The notes below the pieces were generated by a model. It did not search any database. It saw nothing but the letters and a program-made list of their open reading frames with translations, and was not told where the DNA came from. A program made the translations under genes and the position numbers. This document shows positions 11,947 through 25,734 of a DNA stretch of 64,000 nucleotides, in pieces. This DNA is from Takakia lepidozioides. Lineage: Eukaryota > Plantae > Bryophyta. Each line of letters starts with the position of its first letter. Position 1 is the first letter of the stretch. The DNA is taken from contig CM060732.1 of assembly GCA_030704615.1 (NCBI GenBank), positions 31,248,001-31,312,000 of the forward strand, written 5' to 3'.

Positions 11947-14900
11947 GTCAGCCATGGAAGAATGTTTTGTTGACTCCGCTGAGCATGAAACTTTCTTGTA
12001 AGATCTCAGTTCTTGGGCCAAGGCCAGTGTTGTAGGAAGTGTTCCCTCTCCTCTATAAATGCCCTCCTTAGAGACAATATTGTTGGATCAACTAGGATGT
12101 ATGGAATGCTCTGGCCGGTGTCAATCAATATTCTGACAATGTGTTATGACACTAAAAGAGGAGCACCTGTATCCTTAACATCTTTGCACCCCATTAGTAC
12201 TACTTCAGGCCCACACATACTGCTGCAGCGGAAGAGAAAACAGCATGCAAGCATCAACCTTATTCCTATACATTGGATTTCATCAAACTCCTCAGTGCCG
12301 TGAAATGACCATCCAATGCCTGCTTGCTGTGTGTGGGATATGACTCCATTCTGTCGCTTGTCTCTTTTCTCAGGTCGTGATCAATGGTTCACTTTCCACT
12401 TTGATTTGCTATGGGCTCAGCGCCTATATGTCCCTATTCCATGGATTACATCCTGACTCGCTGTTGCACTATGCATTTGTACATGTGAATTTGGAAGATG
12501 GTATCTAGGTATCATGGATGATTGCTGTCTAATCCTCTCGCCTACTCTGCAGCTACATTGTTAGTGGCTAATCACTGTCCCTGTCAACCAAGCGCTAATC
12601 CCATGATTCGGATTGACATGCTCATTTGATTAACCTTGATATAAAAACGCTATGTATGCTAATACTGTATGCCAAGACCTTCGCGTGCTGGGTTAGTTTT
12701 TTTTGAGTAAAATCAAGTTAAGCACTCCAACTGTTACTTGTGTGATTGCTGTGCAACTTATTGAGGCTGAGTCTTGTGATGTAGGCCGTCATGGCAGAGA
12801 GACGGAATTAGTTTTTGAAGCGTGAATAATGACAGAACAATCTGTGAAGTGAAGTAGCATGGAGATAGATATTTGGATTAGACTGCTTGAAACATTTTAC
12901 AGCAGAGAAAGAGTGATCTGAGTCATTAAATAGCTCAGATCATGAGCTGAATAGGCAGATTAATCAGAAGTTGATTGCAATTGGAAGAAAGATTGCCTTG
13001 AGTCTATACTACAAGATGGGAGGGTAAGATTACATATGAGTGGCACTGAATAATCCAACTATAAATGAACCTGTCAATCTAACTGATGATGAGAGAAGCA
13101 ACCATCGATTTATAACTACTCTGCACATCACATGAAACGCCACAATGCATTAGTATTTTATTTGTCACCATGGGCAACACTGATTGTGTGGGTTCATGTG
13201 TTCACAGACGGATCAATTCAGATGTATGCGATGACGAGTTCCACCAAAATTAACCTAAACTAGGTCATGGGATCTACATTGCTGCTGTCCATGTTTTCCT
13301 TCCGCTGCAGCGTGTACAGTAGTCATGATGTTTAGATACTCTGATCAATGAATAGCACAAAATAGGAGAGCCCCTTTCTTTTGTCCCTATATGCCTCACA
13401 GCCAAAAGGGGAGCAAGTCAAAAAGTATGTCTTCCTCTTGTTATTCACATATCCCTTTGTTTGGCAATTTTATCGATATTAATTGAACCGGCATGGGCTT
13501 CCCCCGTAAGTTTTTGGGTCCAAATTTGAGATATTGGACAGTTACTGGAAGCAAGAGAAGACGTTCACCTTTCTTAAAGTGGATTTTGGAAGAGCTTTCA
13601 ACTTGTTTGAAATCGGCAGCTGAAGTAGTTATTGAGAACACTGGGAGTCACGCCAGCAATCAGCACCAGCTTCCATGTACACTAGCAATATCGCCGATTG
13701 TTGCATGAAACTACGCACAATTGTTTCATACATGCTCCTGAATGTGGTCTTGAACTGTAGCAATTGTGTTCTGAAGTGGGTGGAGTAGGTGGACTTTGTC
13801 CCCCAACCTTGAACTCCATGCACAAACTTGATGGTATAGTGTGAGGGAGTCATGACAGAATACCCAAATACTATTACAATCACTATGTGAACTTTCAGTC
13901 GGCCACCATGGGATTGGATCCTGGTGGGTTACGGCTAGCTTTCAACAACATCCATGCAAGTTGGTGCTCTATGAAGCAGCACCGTGAGAAACATACAAAC
14001 TTGTCCAAATGTAAACTTGTGCACAGGGCTGTCCCTCTAATCACGCTCATTACACTTCCATCTTCAAGCTTTGGAGCAGCTCCACCACCCACACCAGAAG
14101 AAGGGGTAAAGGGGTGAAACCCAACCATATAGCGTTTGTTTGCATTTGCAATGCGGCCCTTCACCCCTTCACCTCAATGCACTGACTGGTGGATGAACTA
14201 AGTAGCCATTATCTCTCTTCCACATTTGTTCCAAGTGAATCAGAGTTGCACATTCATTCTCATCCACATTCATTCTTTGGTGCACACTGATTCCAGGCTT
14301 CTCAGAGTGATCTTCAAAAAACTCCATGCCACATGTTCCATCCCTGTTTTCTAGAGCTATAAATCGGCTTCATTGTTTCCCACTGCCAAGGATGATTTAT
14401 GTTCCGACATTGTACATTCCCAGAGTATATATGTGGCATTACATATTCGTTTAATATTCTGACATGGATTTGTCTAATCTTAGTTTCATCTCTTAGCTTT
14501 GTGTCCAACAATTCCCCATCCGGTTCAACGTTTGGGCGGAGGTCTTATGGGGCTGCAGTGTCTTATGTTGGCCACACATGCTCTCATGGAGGAGGCGCAT
14601 CCTCTATCTTCCACAAGAACTTGCTCTCATCCCATGGCCAATATATCCTGAAAAGTATTGTACGGATGAAAGCACAATGACGCTAGCACCACTGCTGGAC
14701 GTGGGGAATGACGATGAGGAAGTGGAGGAAGAAGTCGTGGATGACCCCACAGACTTGGAGTCAGAACTAGATGCATGGCTTTTTCTTAATGTACGATGTG
14801 TCCATCCTGCAAATGTGGGCTCTTGGCTCTAGCTGTTAGTACCACGAGTTGGTATTTTTCCTTTGTGTTTACAAGCCACTCTGGAGGGTCAGCTTGGTCT

Positions 14901-15075
14901 TAGGAGGTCGTGTTTGAATCCATGGCTGCTCAGCAGCACCGTGGTGGTTTTCACAGGCCAATCCGACATGACCTGACTTCAGAGACAAGCAGCACACACA
15001 AATGTCCTTTTGGGTTGATGGTCGATTGAATCCTCCGTCGGTCATGACACAAAGTCAAGGACAATGTGGTGAGGA

Positions 15076-16185
15076 CACCTCTTCTTCAACCTATTTCAGC
15101 CTGTTTTGCCCTCTCATCAGACTCGTCCCTGATTTTGCATGTTGAATTCTGTAAGTTAGCTCGTTGGGTGGATCTATGGTGGTTTAGAGTGATTTTGACA
15201 TGTTACTGCTAATGTTGCAGCAGGAAAGTACCCAAAAACAGATAACGGAGATGAGGAGAAGCTTTGGAATGAGTACTTTCCGAGCCCGGTCAATGGTGGG
15301 ACAATCCAGGCAAAAAGGTGAATGCATGTTGGATTACAGCGAGAAGTAGGCAATTCAAAATTGGAACTAGTGTGATAAGTAGGGTTGGGGTGTTTGCTGA
15401 AGAACTCTACGCCGTGGATCTATGCATGGAGGCAGGGATGGCTGAAGGAGCAGGGATAGAGTGTGGGTCCAGATTCATTCAAGAGGGCCGGATTTCAAAC
15501 ACAAGATTACTTATGATTCCATGTGGATCAATATCTACAAGAAGCCCGCATGGGTAGATGGTCAACTTGAAGCAGCAGCGGCAGCAGCACAATTGATAAA
15601 ATCAGGAACTGCTAATAAGGCACCTTCTTCAACACATTTAGGCCTGTTTTTCCCTCTTATTAGAGTCCCTATTTTTTCATGTTGAATTCTGCAAGTTAGC
15701 TCGTTGGGTGGATCTATGGTTGTTTGGAATGTTTTGGCATGTTACTGCCAATGTGGCAACAGGAACATATCCACAAGCAGATAATGGAGATGAGGAGAAG
15801 CTTTGGAATGCATTCTTCTCCGACCCCAGTCAATGGTGGGACAACCGAGGCAAAAAGGTGAATGCCTGGTAGATTACAGAGAGAAGCAGATGCAATTCAG
15901 CATAGGAACTAGTGTGAAAAGTAGTGTTGGGTTGTTTGTTAGAACAAATCTAGGCTGTCATTGTCAGCTGCTAGCAGCAAGGCGAGGATGCATGCATGAT
16001 TTGTGCAGAGGCAGGGATAGATGAAGGAGCAAGGATAGAGTTGGGTCCCGATTCATCCAAGAGGGCCGGATTTCAAGCACAAGATTACCTATGATTCCCT
16101 GTGGATCAATAGCTACAAGAAACCTGCATGGTAGATGGTCAACTGGAAGGAGCAGCGGCAGCAGCACAGTTGATAAAATCAGGCA
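15076..16185 (+). repeat. Diverged tandem duplication (~545-bp unit: 15076-15610 and 15621-16185) upstream of the PPR pseudogene
   Basis: Shared blocks such as catgttgaattctg.aagttagctcgttgggtggatctatggt and aagagggccggatttcaa.cacaagattac occur in both copies. Confidence 0.9.
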
Positions 16186-16253
16186 CCTCGACCATGACCA
16201 CAGCTTCTGAAAGAGGACCAAGAGAGGGAGTCCACAATGCTCTCTGAGACTTC

Positions 16254-16919
16254 TTGGTATGTGATGCTTGTGAGGCAGGCAGACTGACAGAGGCTATACC
16301 GACTTTAAGCCAAGGAGGAGGCATTTCAGATTCAGATATGTATGTCGGTCTCTTGCATAAGTGCATCAACATGAAAGGCCTGGAAGCTGGAAAACAGGTG
16401 CACACTCACAATTATCCAAAGTGGATGCAAGCCAAACATTTTCTACACAACACCCTTGTCAACATGTAGGTTAAGTGTGGGAGCATCATGGAGGCTCACC
16501 AAGTGTTCAACAGAATGCCTCAACGAACTTTCATCACCTGGAGTATAATGTTGGCAGGATTTACCAAGCGTGGGTGTGGTACAAATGCTTTGGAGACCTA
16601 TGACCAAATGATGCGGGAAGGGGTGAAGCCCGACCATATCACGTTTGTTTGCGTTTGCAAGGCGTGTGCGAGCCTGGCAGCCCTGGAGAAGGGCAAAGAA
16701 GTCCATGGTGACATCGTCAAAGCTGGAATTGTACCAGATGTCATTCTGAACACTGCCCTGGTGGACATGTATGCCAAATGTGGGAGCATTGAACATGCAA
16801 AGGGAGTGTTCGACAATATGGCCAAACGAGATGCGGTGTCCCGGATCGGTATGATCGCAGGATTTGGTTGTCATAGGGAAGCCCTGCAACTAGTTTGTTC
16901 TTGTGGGGATTACTGGTGA
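16254..16919 (+). pseudogene. PLS-class pentatricopeptide repeat (PPR) gene remnant
   Basis: YVGLLHKC..GKQVH, NTLVNM*..CGS..EAHQVFNRM..TWSIMLAG, EGVKPDHITFV, NTALVDMYAKCGSIEHAKGVFDNM. Contains a frameshift and a TAG stop at ~16467 and is truncated at ~16900. Confidence 0.9.
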
Positions 16920-16999
16920 AAAGATATTTTTCTGGAAAGGTGCGAGTGTCTTGCTTCATTCATTGATCTCTTCATACTATCCTCAAAGACATGTAAAGA

Positions 17000-17690
17000 A
17001 AGCCACTAGTTATATTAGAAAGGGGGGTTTATTGAGACAGACACATGCAGGCAGAAAATAGAAACTGATGCACAAAATGAAACCGAAACAGACAATGTGG
17101 AATCTGCCCATTGAAACAAAATTTCCAGTCAATTTTCAACATTCAGAGATCCACTCCTACTGGAGCACCACTCAGAAACTGATGCAGTACTATCTATGAA
17201 GACCCTAACATTGTTGTGTACATTGTCCCTTCTGTCGTGCTTTAGAAGTGGAGGTGGAGAAGAAACGAGACAGAACTCCCTGGCAAAAGCCTCGACATAA
17301 CATGGCAATTGGAAAACGCCTAGAGGACTTCGGAAAAACTCGGGTTTGGCAAAGAAAGGGATCAGTCTGGAGGTTGGAGGGTCCTCCTGCAAAACATGGC
17401 AGCAGTTTATGAAAATGCTCAATTCATGGAAGTGTAGAGGTCCCGGAAAGGAAAGACTTAGAGAGTGGGATACCAAAAAATGTGGTGCAGACTTACTCAC
17501 AATGCCTAGTTGTTGCATCTCTGTTTCATGTCTTAGCTCTTTCTGTTTCTCACCCTCTCTCTTTGAGCTGTTGGATTGGAGTGGAACCTCACTATTTTGC
17601 CTTCATGGCTTTTTGTAAGGTTATTTTTTCCTTTAATAAACTTTCCAGGGCCACTGGGGCCTGTTCTCAAAATATAATAATAATAATAAA
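17000..17690. mobile_element. Possible truncated LINE 3'-end fragments (minus-strand piece ~17000-17500; plus-strand tail ~17500-17690)
   Basis: The plus-strand tail taataaa...ttctcaaaatataataataat resembles the LINE 3' end at 25510-25570. The minus strand has tctcaataaa at ~17030. Confidence 0.3.
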
Positions 17691-20600
17691 ATTGAGAAAT
17701 AATCTATATACTTAATTGGACGATGAATGCCCGTTGTATGTTAAGGCATAATGTTAAGGCACCCCGGGTGAGAAAGAGGTGGAAGAAAGGGCTAAGGTGT
17801 CTATCAGCTCTTTTGATTAAGGAGGTACACAACGGTATGGCCTCTTCAATAATTCATGATGTGTATGCCAAGGCCTGAGAAGGCGAGTTGGTAAATAACA
17901 ATGTTGAGATAGAATATGGCTTTCATGATTGGAATCTTGTGACGGCATTTGAGGAGAAGGAAAAGCTGGGAGAACAAAAAATATTGCGGGAGAGCAGAGG
18001 ACGATGGGAGCTCCGCAATTTGCGGAAGGAGACCCCAACGGTCTCTTCGTCTCTCTCACTGACGTTACTGTTCACTGTCGTCACCATGCGCTTCCCTGGA
18101 TCTCTTCAAAGGACGCAGCTCCACAAGACCTTGCCATTGATTGGCATCTCTCATTTCCACTCTGTTTTCTCAAAAAAATTCCAATAACTGATTTTTAATC
18201 TGCTTGCGTTTTAGAACCTCCTTCTGAGTTTACTCCTCTACACTTCATTCTCTTTTCATCTAATCCATCATTACTGTGTATCTTTCCCTTAATGTCACTT
18301 TCAGTCAAGTGGCGCTGTCACCCCATCACCTCTTCAGCTAGCCGTCTTTATTAATGACGGCTGCGAACTTGGTCGCGCGGGTTGCCGCCGAGTAGCAACC
18401 TCCAAATCCTATAGTCCTCCTCCTTTCCTATACAATTCACTATCACTCCACTCCGAGTTCTCTCTAAGTCTTTACTATTTTTGCATTCATCGATCCTCTG
18501 TTCTCACTCTTCCATAGTTGCTTTCACTACCTCTAATTCTGGTCTGCGTTGTTTCCTCTAATTTCTCGCTGCTGTCCTTAAACGATCGCTGTAGTTTTGG
18601 CTGGCACTAGCTTGTCCTCTCGGATTCTACAGCTTCCTGATCTACCTCATTCACTGATTTCTGGCCCTCACTAAATCACTGCCTTAATATACTCTCGTCG
18701 TCTCTTAGCTCTTCCTGCTTCTTGTTCTCCACAACCTTCTGATTAGTCAAGTGCGCTTGCTCCCCTCAACATGGCCTCTTCTGGGAATGGATTGTTCATG
18801 CAAGCAGAGCCCCAGGAAGTCCGCTTTCCACTGGACCTGCCACTCCCTTTGCGAAGACGCCTGCAACCTTCATCACGAACAGGTTTCTACTTGGCGCATC
18901 AAGCTCAAACAAGGAAGGACTTGTCCAGGGGTCCTGTAAAGACTTCCCCTCCTCCCCCTCCCTTTCCATTCAACGCCCCATCTCCCTCTCTCTTCCCTCC
19001 CTCCAAACACCATGGCTTGGTATTTTTAGTGATAGATCCCCCTCCATCGGCTCAGGAGGAGACAGACTGGTCAGAGGATCCCCTTCTCACTTAGGCCATC
19101 CCACCGGCCACCTTCTCCATGGACCGAGTTGATGGAGCTCCCTGGATCTTAGTTTCAGCGCTTCAAAAATCCGATTTCTTCCCTGATTTTGTGAGTATTC
19201 ACGCAATATCCATCAATGAGGTCCCTAGTAACCAGTTCAGCTCTACCCTAGTCCCCACCAACCTTCCATCCCTCAAAAGCATATTCGTGCAAATTCAAAG
19301 GAAAAATCCAAAACCACCCCCTCTCCTCCAGTGGGTTAAAACCCTCCGCCCTTCTGACTGCAGAGTCAAATTCAGCTTCGCTCCCTCAAGACCATCAAAT
19401 GAGACCATCCCTCTCAGTCCTCCCATAATTCCCAATGATAATTAACATCTCTTCTTGGAATATTAGAGGGCTTGGCTCCGACCAGGCACTAAAACGACTC
19501 AAAATCAAATCTTGGCTATCCCCTTTCTTCCAACATGACTTCGTAATCTTCATCTAGGAACACAAACTTGACCTTAGAAAAATCTATGCCCTATCGGACC
19601 ACCTCTGGCCTTTAAATTCTCCATATTGGAAACCCACATCTGAAGGTACCAAAGGTGGCACTGCTATTCTGCTCTCACCCTCCCTGCAACCGTTAGTGAT
19701 CTCAGAAGCCTCATGGATGCCTGGTAGGATTCAGCTTTGTGTCCTTTCCCTCCCAAACAACACTGGAAGCCTAGGACTCCTAAACATTTACGCCCCTAAC
19801 TCCTCAGTTGAAAGGGGCGAATTCTGGACCCTCAACAACAAGAAGTTAGCGGAACCCTCTATAGACGGTTGGATTCTTGCTGGAGATTTCAATATGATTG
19901 AAAACCAAGAGGACAGACGTGGAAATGGCTCTTTCTCACCTAATCTTGATGAAATGGACCGCTAGCTCTCTTGCGTCCCATCTCACAATCTCACTGAGGT
20001 GGTTCATCTCTCGCTACATAGCTCCAACCTTTCCTTCACCTGGACGAACAATAGAGCCTTAGAAGACCTCAGAATGGCCCGTTTCAAGGACAGAGCATAT
20101 ATCTCGCTCAATCTGTTGCAATGGTCAAAAAGGGATATTCAGCAGCCAATCCCCCTTGGCTTTGATCATGCCTATTGGTCACAATCCCATCAGCACAAAG
20201 AAGGGGCAGGGTCTATACAAGCTGAACACCATGATCCTTAGGCTTCCGATGGTCAAACAAGAGCTTCTCAACTCTTGGAACAATGCATGTCTTCTATCGC
20301 AAAACCCCTCAGATAGGTTTCTAGAAAAGTTGAAAGCAGTCAACACTACTAGTCAACGTCTCAGTTTGAACCTATAGGTAGCAATCAAAAGAAAAATGAA
20401 AGTGAAAGCCCTTACGAAATGTCTGGCAGTTTGTCAGACAAGAATGGAATCTTCTCACTACGATGAACATACCTTCAGAATTTATGTAGAAGCTAGGAAC
20501 AACCTTGGCGTGCATCACAAGATGCTAGAGAGAAAATGGAAACTCCAAACGGGGGTGAATTGGTCTTCCAAAGGTGAGAAAATGTCAAAGTATTTCTTTG

Positions 20601-21365
20601 ACAAAACAAGACTGCGAAGAGCCTCTCAATGCATCTCGGAGTTGATTGACCAAACTATTGGCCTATCCAGCAACAACCCCTAGAGCAATGACAAACCTAT
20701 CAGCGGCTCACTTCAACACGCTATTTCAAAGCAATTTGGCAGACCTCAACCCATCCTCAATCCAATTGGACTGCCTCCAGCATACCCCCAGGATCATGTC
20801 CCCGCAGTCTGCTGAACTTTTGGATGGAGAATTTACCGCTTCTGAGCTTGGGGACACACTAGGTAAACTTCAAAACAACAAATCCCCTGGCATGGACGGG
20901 ATACCTGTGGAGTTCTACAAAGCACTTTGGTCTGAAATAGAGGATGACTTCACGGCAATGGCCAACCACCTCTTCGAGTGTGGTGCTATGCCCCTACAAT
21001 GTCCCAAGGAGTCATCACGCTCTTGTTCAAAAAAAGGGATAGAACCAACATCTCTAACTACAACCCATCACCATGCTGAACATGGCCTACAAAATTATTA
21101 CAAAAGCTTTGGCACTCAAACTGCAACCTCTTCTTCCATCTCTGATTAGACCAAACCAAACTGCAGGTACATTCTGGACAATCTCCTATTGGCTCAAGAA
21201 TTATCCCACTACGCTCTTAAAACCAACCAAACCATAGCCCTCTTACTCTTGGACTTCGAAAAGGCGTTTGATAGGGTTGAGTGGAGCTTCTTATTGACAG
21301 CCCTCAACAGAATAGGCTCCTTCTGTCGCTGGGTTGAAATTCTACTGGTAACCTCGATATCCTAG

Positions 21366-21700
21366 ATGACATGTCAGTTCCTAACATTGCATCAACGGAT
21401 GTTGTGTCTAGTTGGAATGCTCATGACGAGCATTATTGGCGTTGGGTATTTTCATTTGCCAAGTTCTTCTTTTTAGATGTTGGGGCTCTCCTCATCTCGC
21501 GAGCTGCGAACAGTCCCGTCATGAGCTTGCCAGCTACCTCAAAAAAGTCTAGGCTCCAAATTATCAAAACTTGGAACTACGCCAATAGCTTGTATCTGAT
21601 AAATGAAGACTATCCTACTCAGAAGATAAACATCTCACACTAAATATGCTAGATTTGTATTTCTTGTTTGCAAATACCATTGTGGGAATGATACTTCGTC
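21366..21700. other. ~340-bp unclassified insertion interrupting the LINE RT
   Basis: The RT reading ...WVEILLVTSIS stops at ~21362 and resumes as RVIINGHLSKSFPLQRSVRQGC at ~21703. The intervening sequence is not RT-like. Confidence 0.6.
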
Positions 21701-22263
21701 GTAGGGTCATCATAAATGGACACCTTTCTAAATCTTTCCCCCTGCAAAGATCCGTACGTCAAGGCTGTCTCCTGGCTTCGTTCCTCTTCCTCATCGTGGC
21801 AGGCTCATTGGGATATATGCTGCAGTCTCATAGGCACATCCAAGGCCTCAAGATCACCAACTACAACACCCAGCAGAAAATCCAGGTGACCAATTCCATG
21901 TTTGTGGATGATACATTCTTGATGCTGCAGGCATACCAACAGAATCTAGACATAGCTAGTAACATCCTCAACACTTTCTGCTCAGCATCAGGATTCAAAG
22001 TCGATTGGAACAAAATGATTGCATTGCTGGTAGGTGATCGGTCCGCATCACAGATAGGGACTAACCCTGACTGGTGAGCCAATCAGGACCTTAGATGGTT
22101 GAGGCCTGAAGAATCTATAACACTTTTAGGTTATACCTATGGGATTGACCTTACGGATGAGCAGGTTTTCAAACCCATCATCTCCAAACTTAAGGGTAGG
22201 CAGCTGGCACAATGGGGCAGTAAACACATGTCCCTCACAGGTAGGGCTCTGGTAGCCAACCAA

Positions 22264-23447
22264 CATTACAGGAAAAGGGGGGGGGGGGGGGGGTTTCGAC
22301 GACGCGTCGTCATAAAACAACCTTTTTCAGGGAGGGGGGAAGAACCAAATTTGCGACATCCAAGCGTCGCAAGCCCGTCGCAGCGGCGTCGCCAAAAACA
22401 AATCGCAAATTTGCAACCAATGGGGGGTCGCAAATAGGCGAAACCGCGATTTGCGACACTCGGGCGTAAGAACTTAGGAAAAAAAAAAATAAAAAAAACT
22501 TACTGTGCAATGCAGAATTAGCACCATCCGGGGGTCGCAAAGTGCGACGCCTGGACGTCACAATTTAAGGGGGTACATTTGAATTTAGGCGGGAAAATTT
22601 GAATTTGAAATGTGAATTTCAAAAACTTGTTGACCATTGACACTGGTTTTGTCTAATGGCAATATGTTCATTGTTCTACATATATCATGCAATGCATACT
22701 TGAACCTAAGACCTCCACGCTATAACATTTCTAAGACACTACAAACTAACCAACACACCTACGCTACATCTATGTATCACAAAAGTAATATATATATATA
22801 TATATATATTTCCTTCAAGTTCCTTCAAATTCCTTCTAAGGGGGTTTATCTTGTGACGCCGGGGAGTTGCAACCTCCACAACCTTAGTGCCCAGCCCCAG
22901 CCCCAACGTTGTCGCTGTTGCTGCACCCCCCTACCCCAACGCCATGCGCCCCAAATGACGTCCTTGTGATGACCTAAGCTGACCACGACACCATTATGAC
23001 CCCCTGTGGCGACGCCATTGCGACCCTCTGGCGTCATAACGTTGGGCGTCCCAGCGCAGGGTGCCCCCAACGACGCTTTTATGAAGTTAAAGGCCGCAAA
23101 GCCCAAAAAAAAAAAAAAAAAAAAAAACTCTCACTGTGGTGATGTTGTTGCGACACCTTGGCGTCGCAGAGGCGCCCTTAGTGACGCTTTTGCGACGCCG
23201 AGGTGTCGCAACATCCATTTTTTGGATTTCCGACGCCGGGGCGTCGCAAGAAAAAAAATCCGTCGCCTCTTTCCCTCTTCATGCCACCATACGACGGCTG
23301 GGCGTCGTAATGGTGTCGCAGCGGGGGATTGCGACGCCGGGGGCGTCGCAAAAAAGCGTCACAGGCTCGGCGTCACTAGATCAGTGCCGCGCGGGGCGTG
23401 GGGGCGCAGCTGGCGTCGCAACCCCCCCCCTCCCATTTGTTGTAGTG
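22264..23447. mobile_element. Non-autonomous CACTA (En/Spm) transposon inserted in the LINE
   Basis: Termini CATTACA...TGTAGTG with matching G/C runs. 3-bp TSD CAA at 22261-22263 and 23448-23450. Many subterminal GCGTCGCA/TGCGACGC repeats. Removing it restores the LINE frame ALVANQ|ILKAGLWYF. Confidence 0.9.
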
Positions 23448-25734
23448 CAAATACTTAAGGCTGGGCTCTGGTACTTCGCGGCTGCTTGGAAACCAAACTC
23501 TTCCCAACTTCAAGAGGTCAAAAGACTTACCCGGAATTTCATTTGGGGGGCCGAACACTCTGCAGAAAAGAAGAAGCCACAAGTGGCCTGGGTTGAAATC
23601 TGCTGTCCAAAAAAAAATGGAGGCCTTGGCGTCATAGATCCTAAAACTCAAATCACGGCCTTACTGGCCAGAAGGGGACTCTGGAAATTCTTAGTCTTTG
23701 ATAACATTTCCAATTCCTCCCCATTGAAAGCTGCTCATTGGAGGCCATCACTCAAATGGATCACTCATGGTTTCAAGCTCAAAACAGTGGGCTCCAGGTT
23801 GTGGTCAAACATCTGGCTGGCCTGGGGGAAATTTCGCCAATTCCTAGTCAAGACACCACCAACCTCCTATTATGAGATTCTCAAGCAACACCTATTCATC
23901 AACTCTAACAAGCCACTACCCCAAGAAAGAGGACAGGCGAAACGCTAGTCCACTTGGGACCGTCTGGGAGTCAATCAAATCCACAACATCTGGAATCACA
24001 CCGACTTTAAGCCTCCGGAGCTCCTGCCTCCAGCTTTGGATTCGACACAATTGGCAAAGGCTACCAAGAAATCATTCAGTCCCTGCCTGCTTCATGGTTA
24101 CAAGCCCTAAGGGCTGGTCCAGTATCCCCCTCTCTTCTATGTTGGGCTTTTGTAATCCTCCGTAATCATCTCTCAATTCTCTTTGTTACAAATTCCACTT
24201 CATCTCATCTTTCGGCCTTTGCTTTTTGACATTGACCCCATCTCCTTGACCCTCACTCTCACTTCAACTTCTTCCCTCCATATCCCGGCCACTCCCCTAA
24301 CCCCAGTTAGGATCTGTGGGTGGATTATCCCAAGCAGGCCTTTTAATCCCAAGCCCGACCTCTTATCTCCTTTGGAACAATGGCTTTCAAGACACACCTT
24401 TGTCTGGATATTGGGACGTCCGCTGGCAGAGATGGAACTTGACCCAATGGAATGGTCCTGGAAATTTAAGAATTCGTCTGAGCCCTTCTTTACCTACTCC
24501 ACCAGGAAGGGCTACAGAGCTCTCTCTAACTTCCAAAGCCTAAAAGATAAGTGGGAAGCTAGATGGGAGCTATATGGCTTTCGTAACAAAAACTAGTCGG
24601 TCATCTGGAATTCGGTATGGACCAAATCTCGTCCTGCCAAGATTGCAGCTTTCCTTTGGCAGATTGTTAACAGGGTGCTAAAAGTGGGGGAATGGCCAAG
24701 GTCTGGCCTCTGGTCAAGGTATTTTATGCCCACTGGGACAACAAAAGCCTTCTATCTCTACATCTTCTCCTTAACTATGATTAGAGATCCAAGACAAGAG
24801 CTGTCAACTGCCCGGTTTTTGAGACCCTAAGAAGCTCAACCCTGTGGCACTTATGGAAAGCCTGTTGCAAGAGATCATTCTAAGGGGGAACAACTACCAT
24901 CTCCTCCCTTCTATCTAATGTATTCCATGATTTCGGGGTGGATTCAAGAAAGGCTTGGTCTAAAACCTGTACAGATATCGGGCGAAATTCGGGGAGCGTA
25001 GTAGCCATCCATGCTAGGTTTGGGGCAAGCACGGCCTTACCTGCTTCTCCCCTGAGCAGGACACCTGCCGTTGGGCCGAGCTCCCTCCCCCTTGCTGGCG
25101 AGATCATCGAGCAACACTCCACAGTGTCCCCTGAATTCGAACGGGAGGTCAACTGGAAACACCTGAAACCTTCTTCGTCCGTCTCTAGACTTCATTACCA
25201 TTATGACTCATTGCCTCTCCTACAGAAGCTTGTTACTGGTTTAAGTCACTACCGGTCCTCATGAATATCCCTATCACCTCTCGTCAAAGGTCCTGATGGC
25301 CTCCATGCTTTCTAAAATCCTTCTTCTTGCATTTCCGCAGTCAGCTTTACTCATCTCATGGAAACCCCTTAGTTACTTTGGTTGCTAGTTAGCAATTGGA
25401 TTGTGGATTAGTCTCTCTCCGGGAGAGGTCACGTTCTCTCTTCACCGAAATCGATGTGTGTGCCTTATGGTGTAATCGGGCTTTTAATTTTTTTCCCATA
25501 ATAATTCTCAATAAAGCTCTCATAGGGCTACCTCCCCTTTCTCAAAAAAAAGAAAAAAAAGAAAAGAAAGATGGCTGCATATATTTACAATCTGAAAAGG
25601 AAACACCAAGGGAGGATGACAAGTACACTGCTGGAGTTCACTGGAATAGCATTCGTGGAAAGATAGAGTAATTCGGGGAGTCTCTATATAGTTTGTTTTT
25701 TTTTTTAATTTTTAATTTTTAACATATAGTTCAA

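Larger units (their letters stand above)
19438..25570 (+). mobile_element. Degenerate L1-clade LINE ORF2 (APE endonuclease + RT) with A-rich 3' tail; 5' part may extend to ~18200
   Basis: EN: INISSWNIRG, KGGTAILL, NIYAPN, WILAGDFN, FTW. RT: KSPGMDGIPVEFY, LLLLDFEKAFDRVEW, RQGC, FVDD. Downstream: VAW..ICCPKKNGGLG. AATAAA at ~25510 and A-rich tail at 25544-25570. Many stops and frameshifts, two internal insertions. Confidence 0.92.

Noticed and set aside
13440-14830. Coding-like fragments, possibly a transposase remnant
   Set aside because: No recognisable motif or consistent frame.
23006-23948. 270-aa and 150-aa ORFs as novel proteins
   Set aside because: Chance read-through of GC-rich CACTA repeats; the 270-aa ORF runs on into LINE ORF2.
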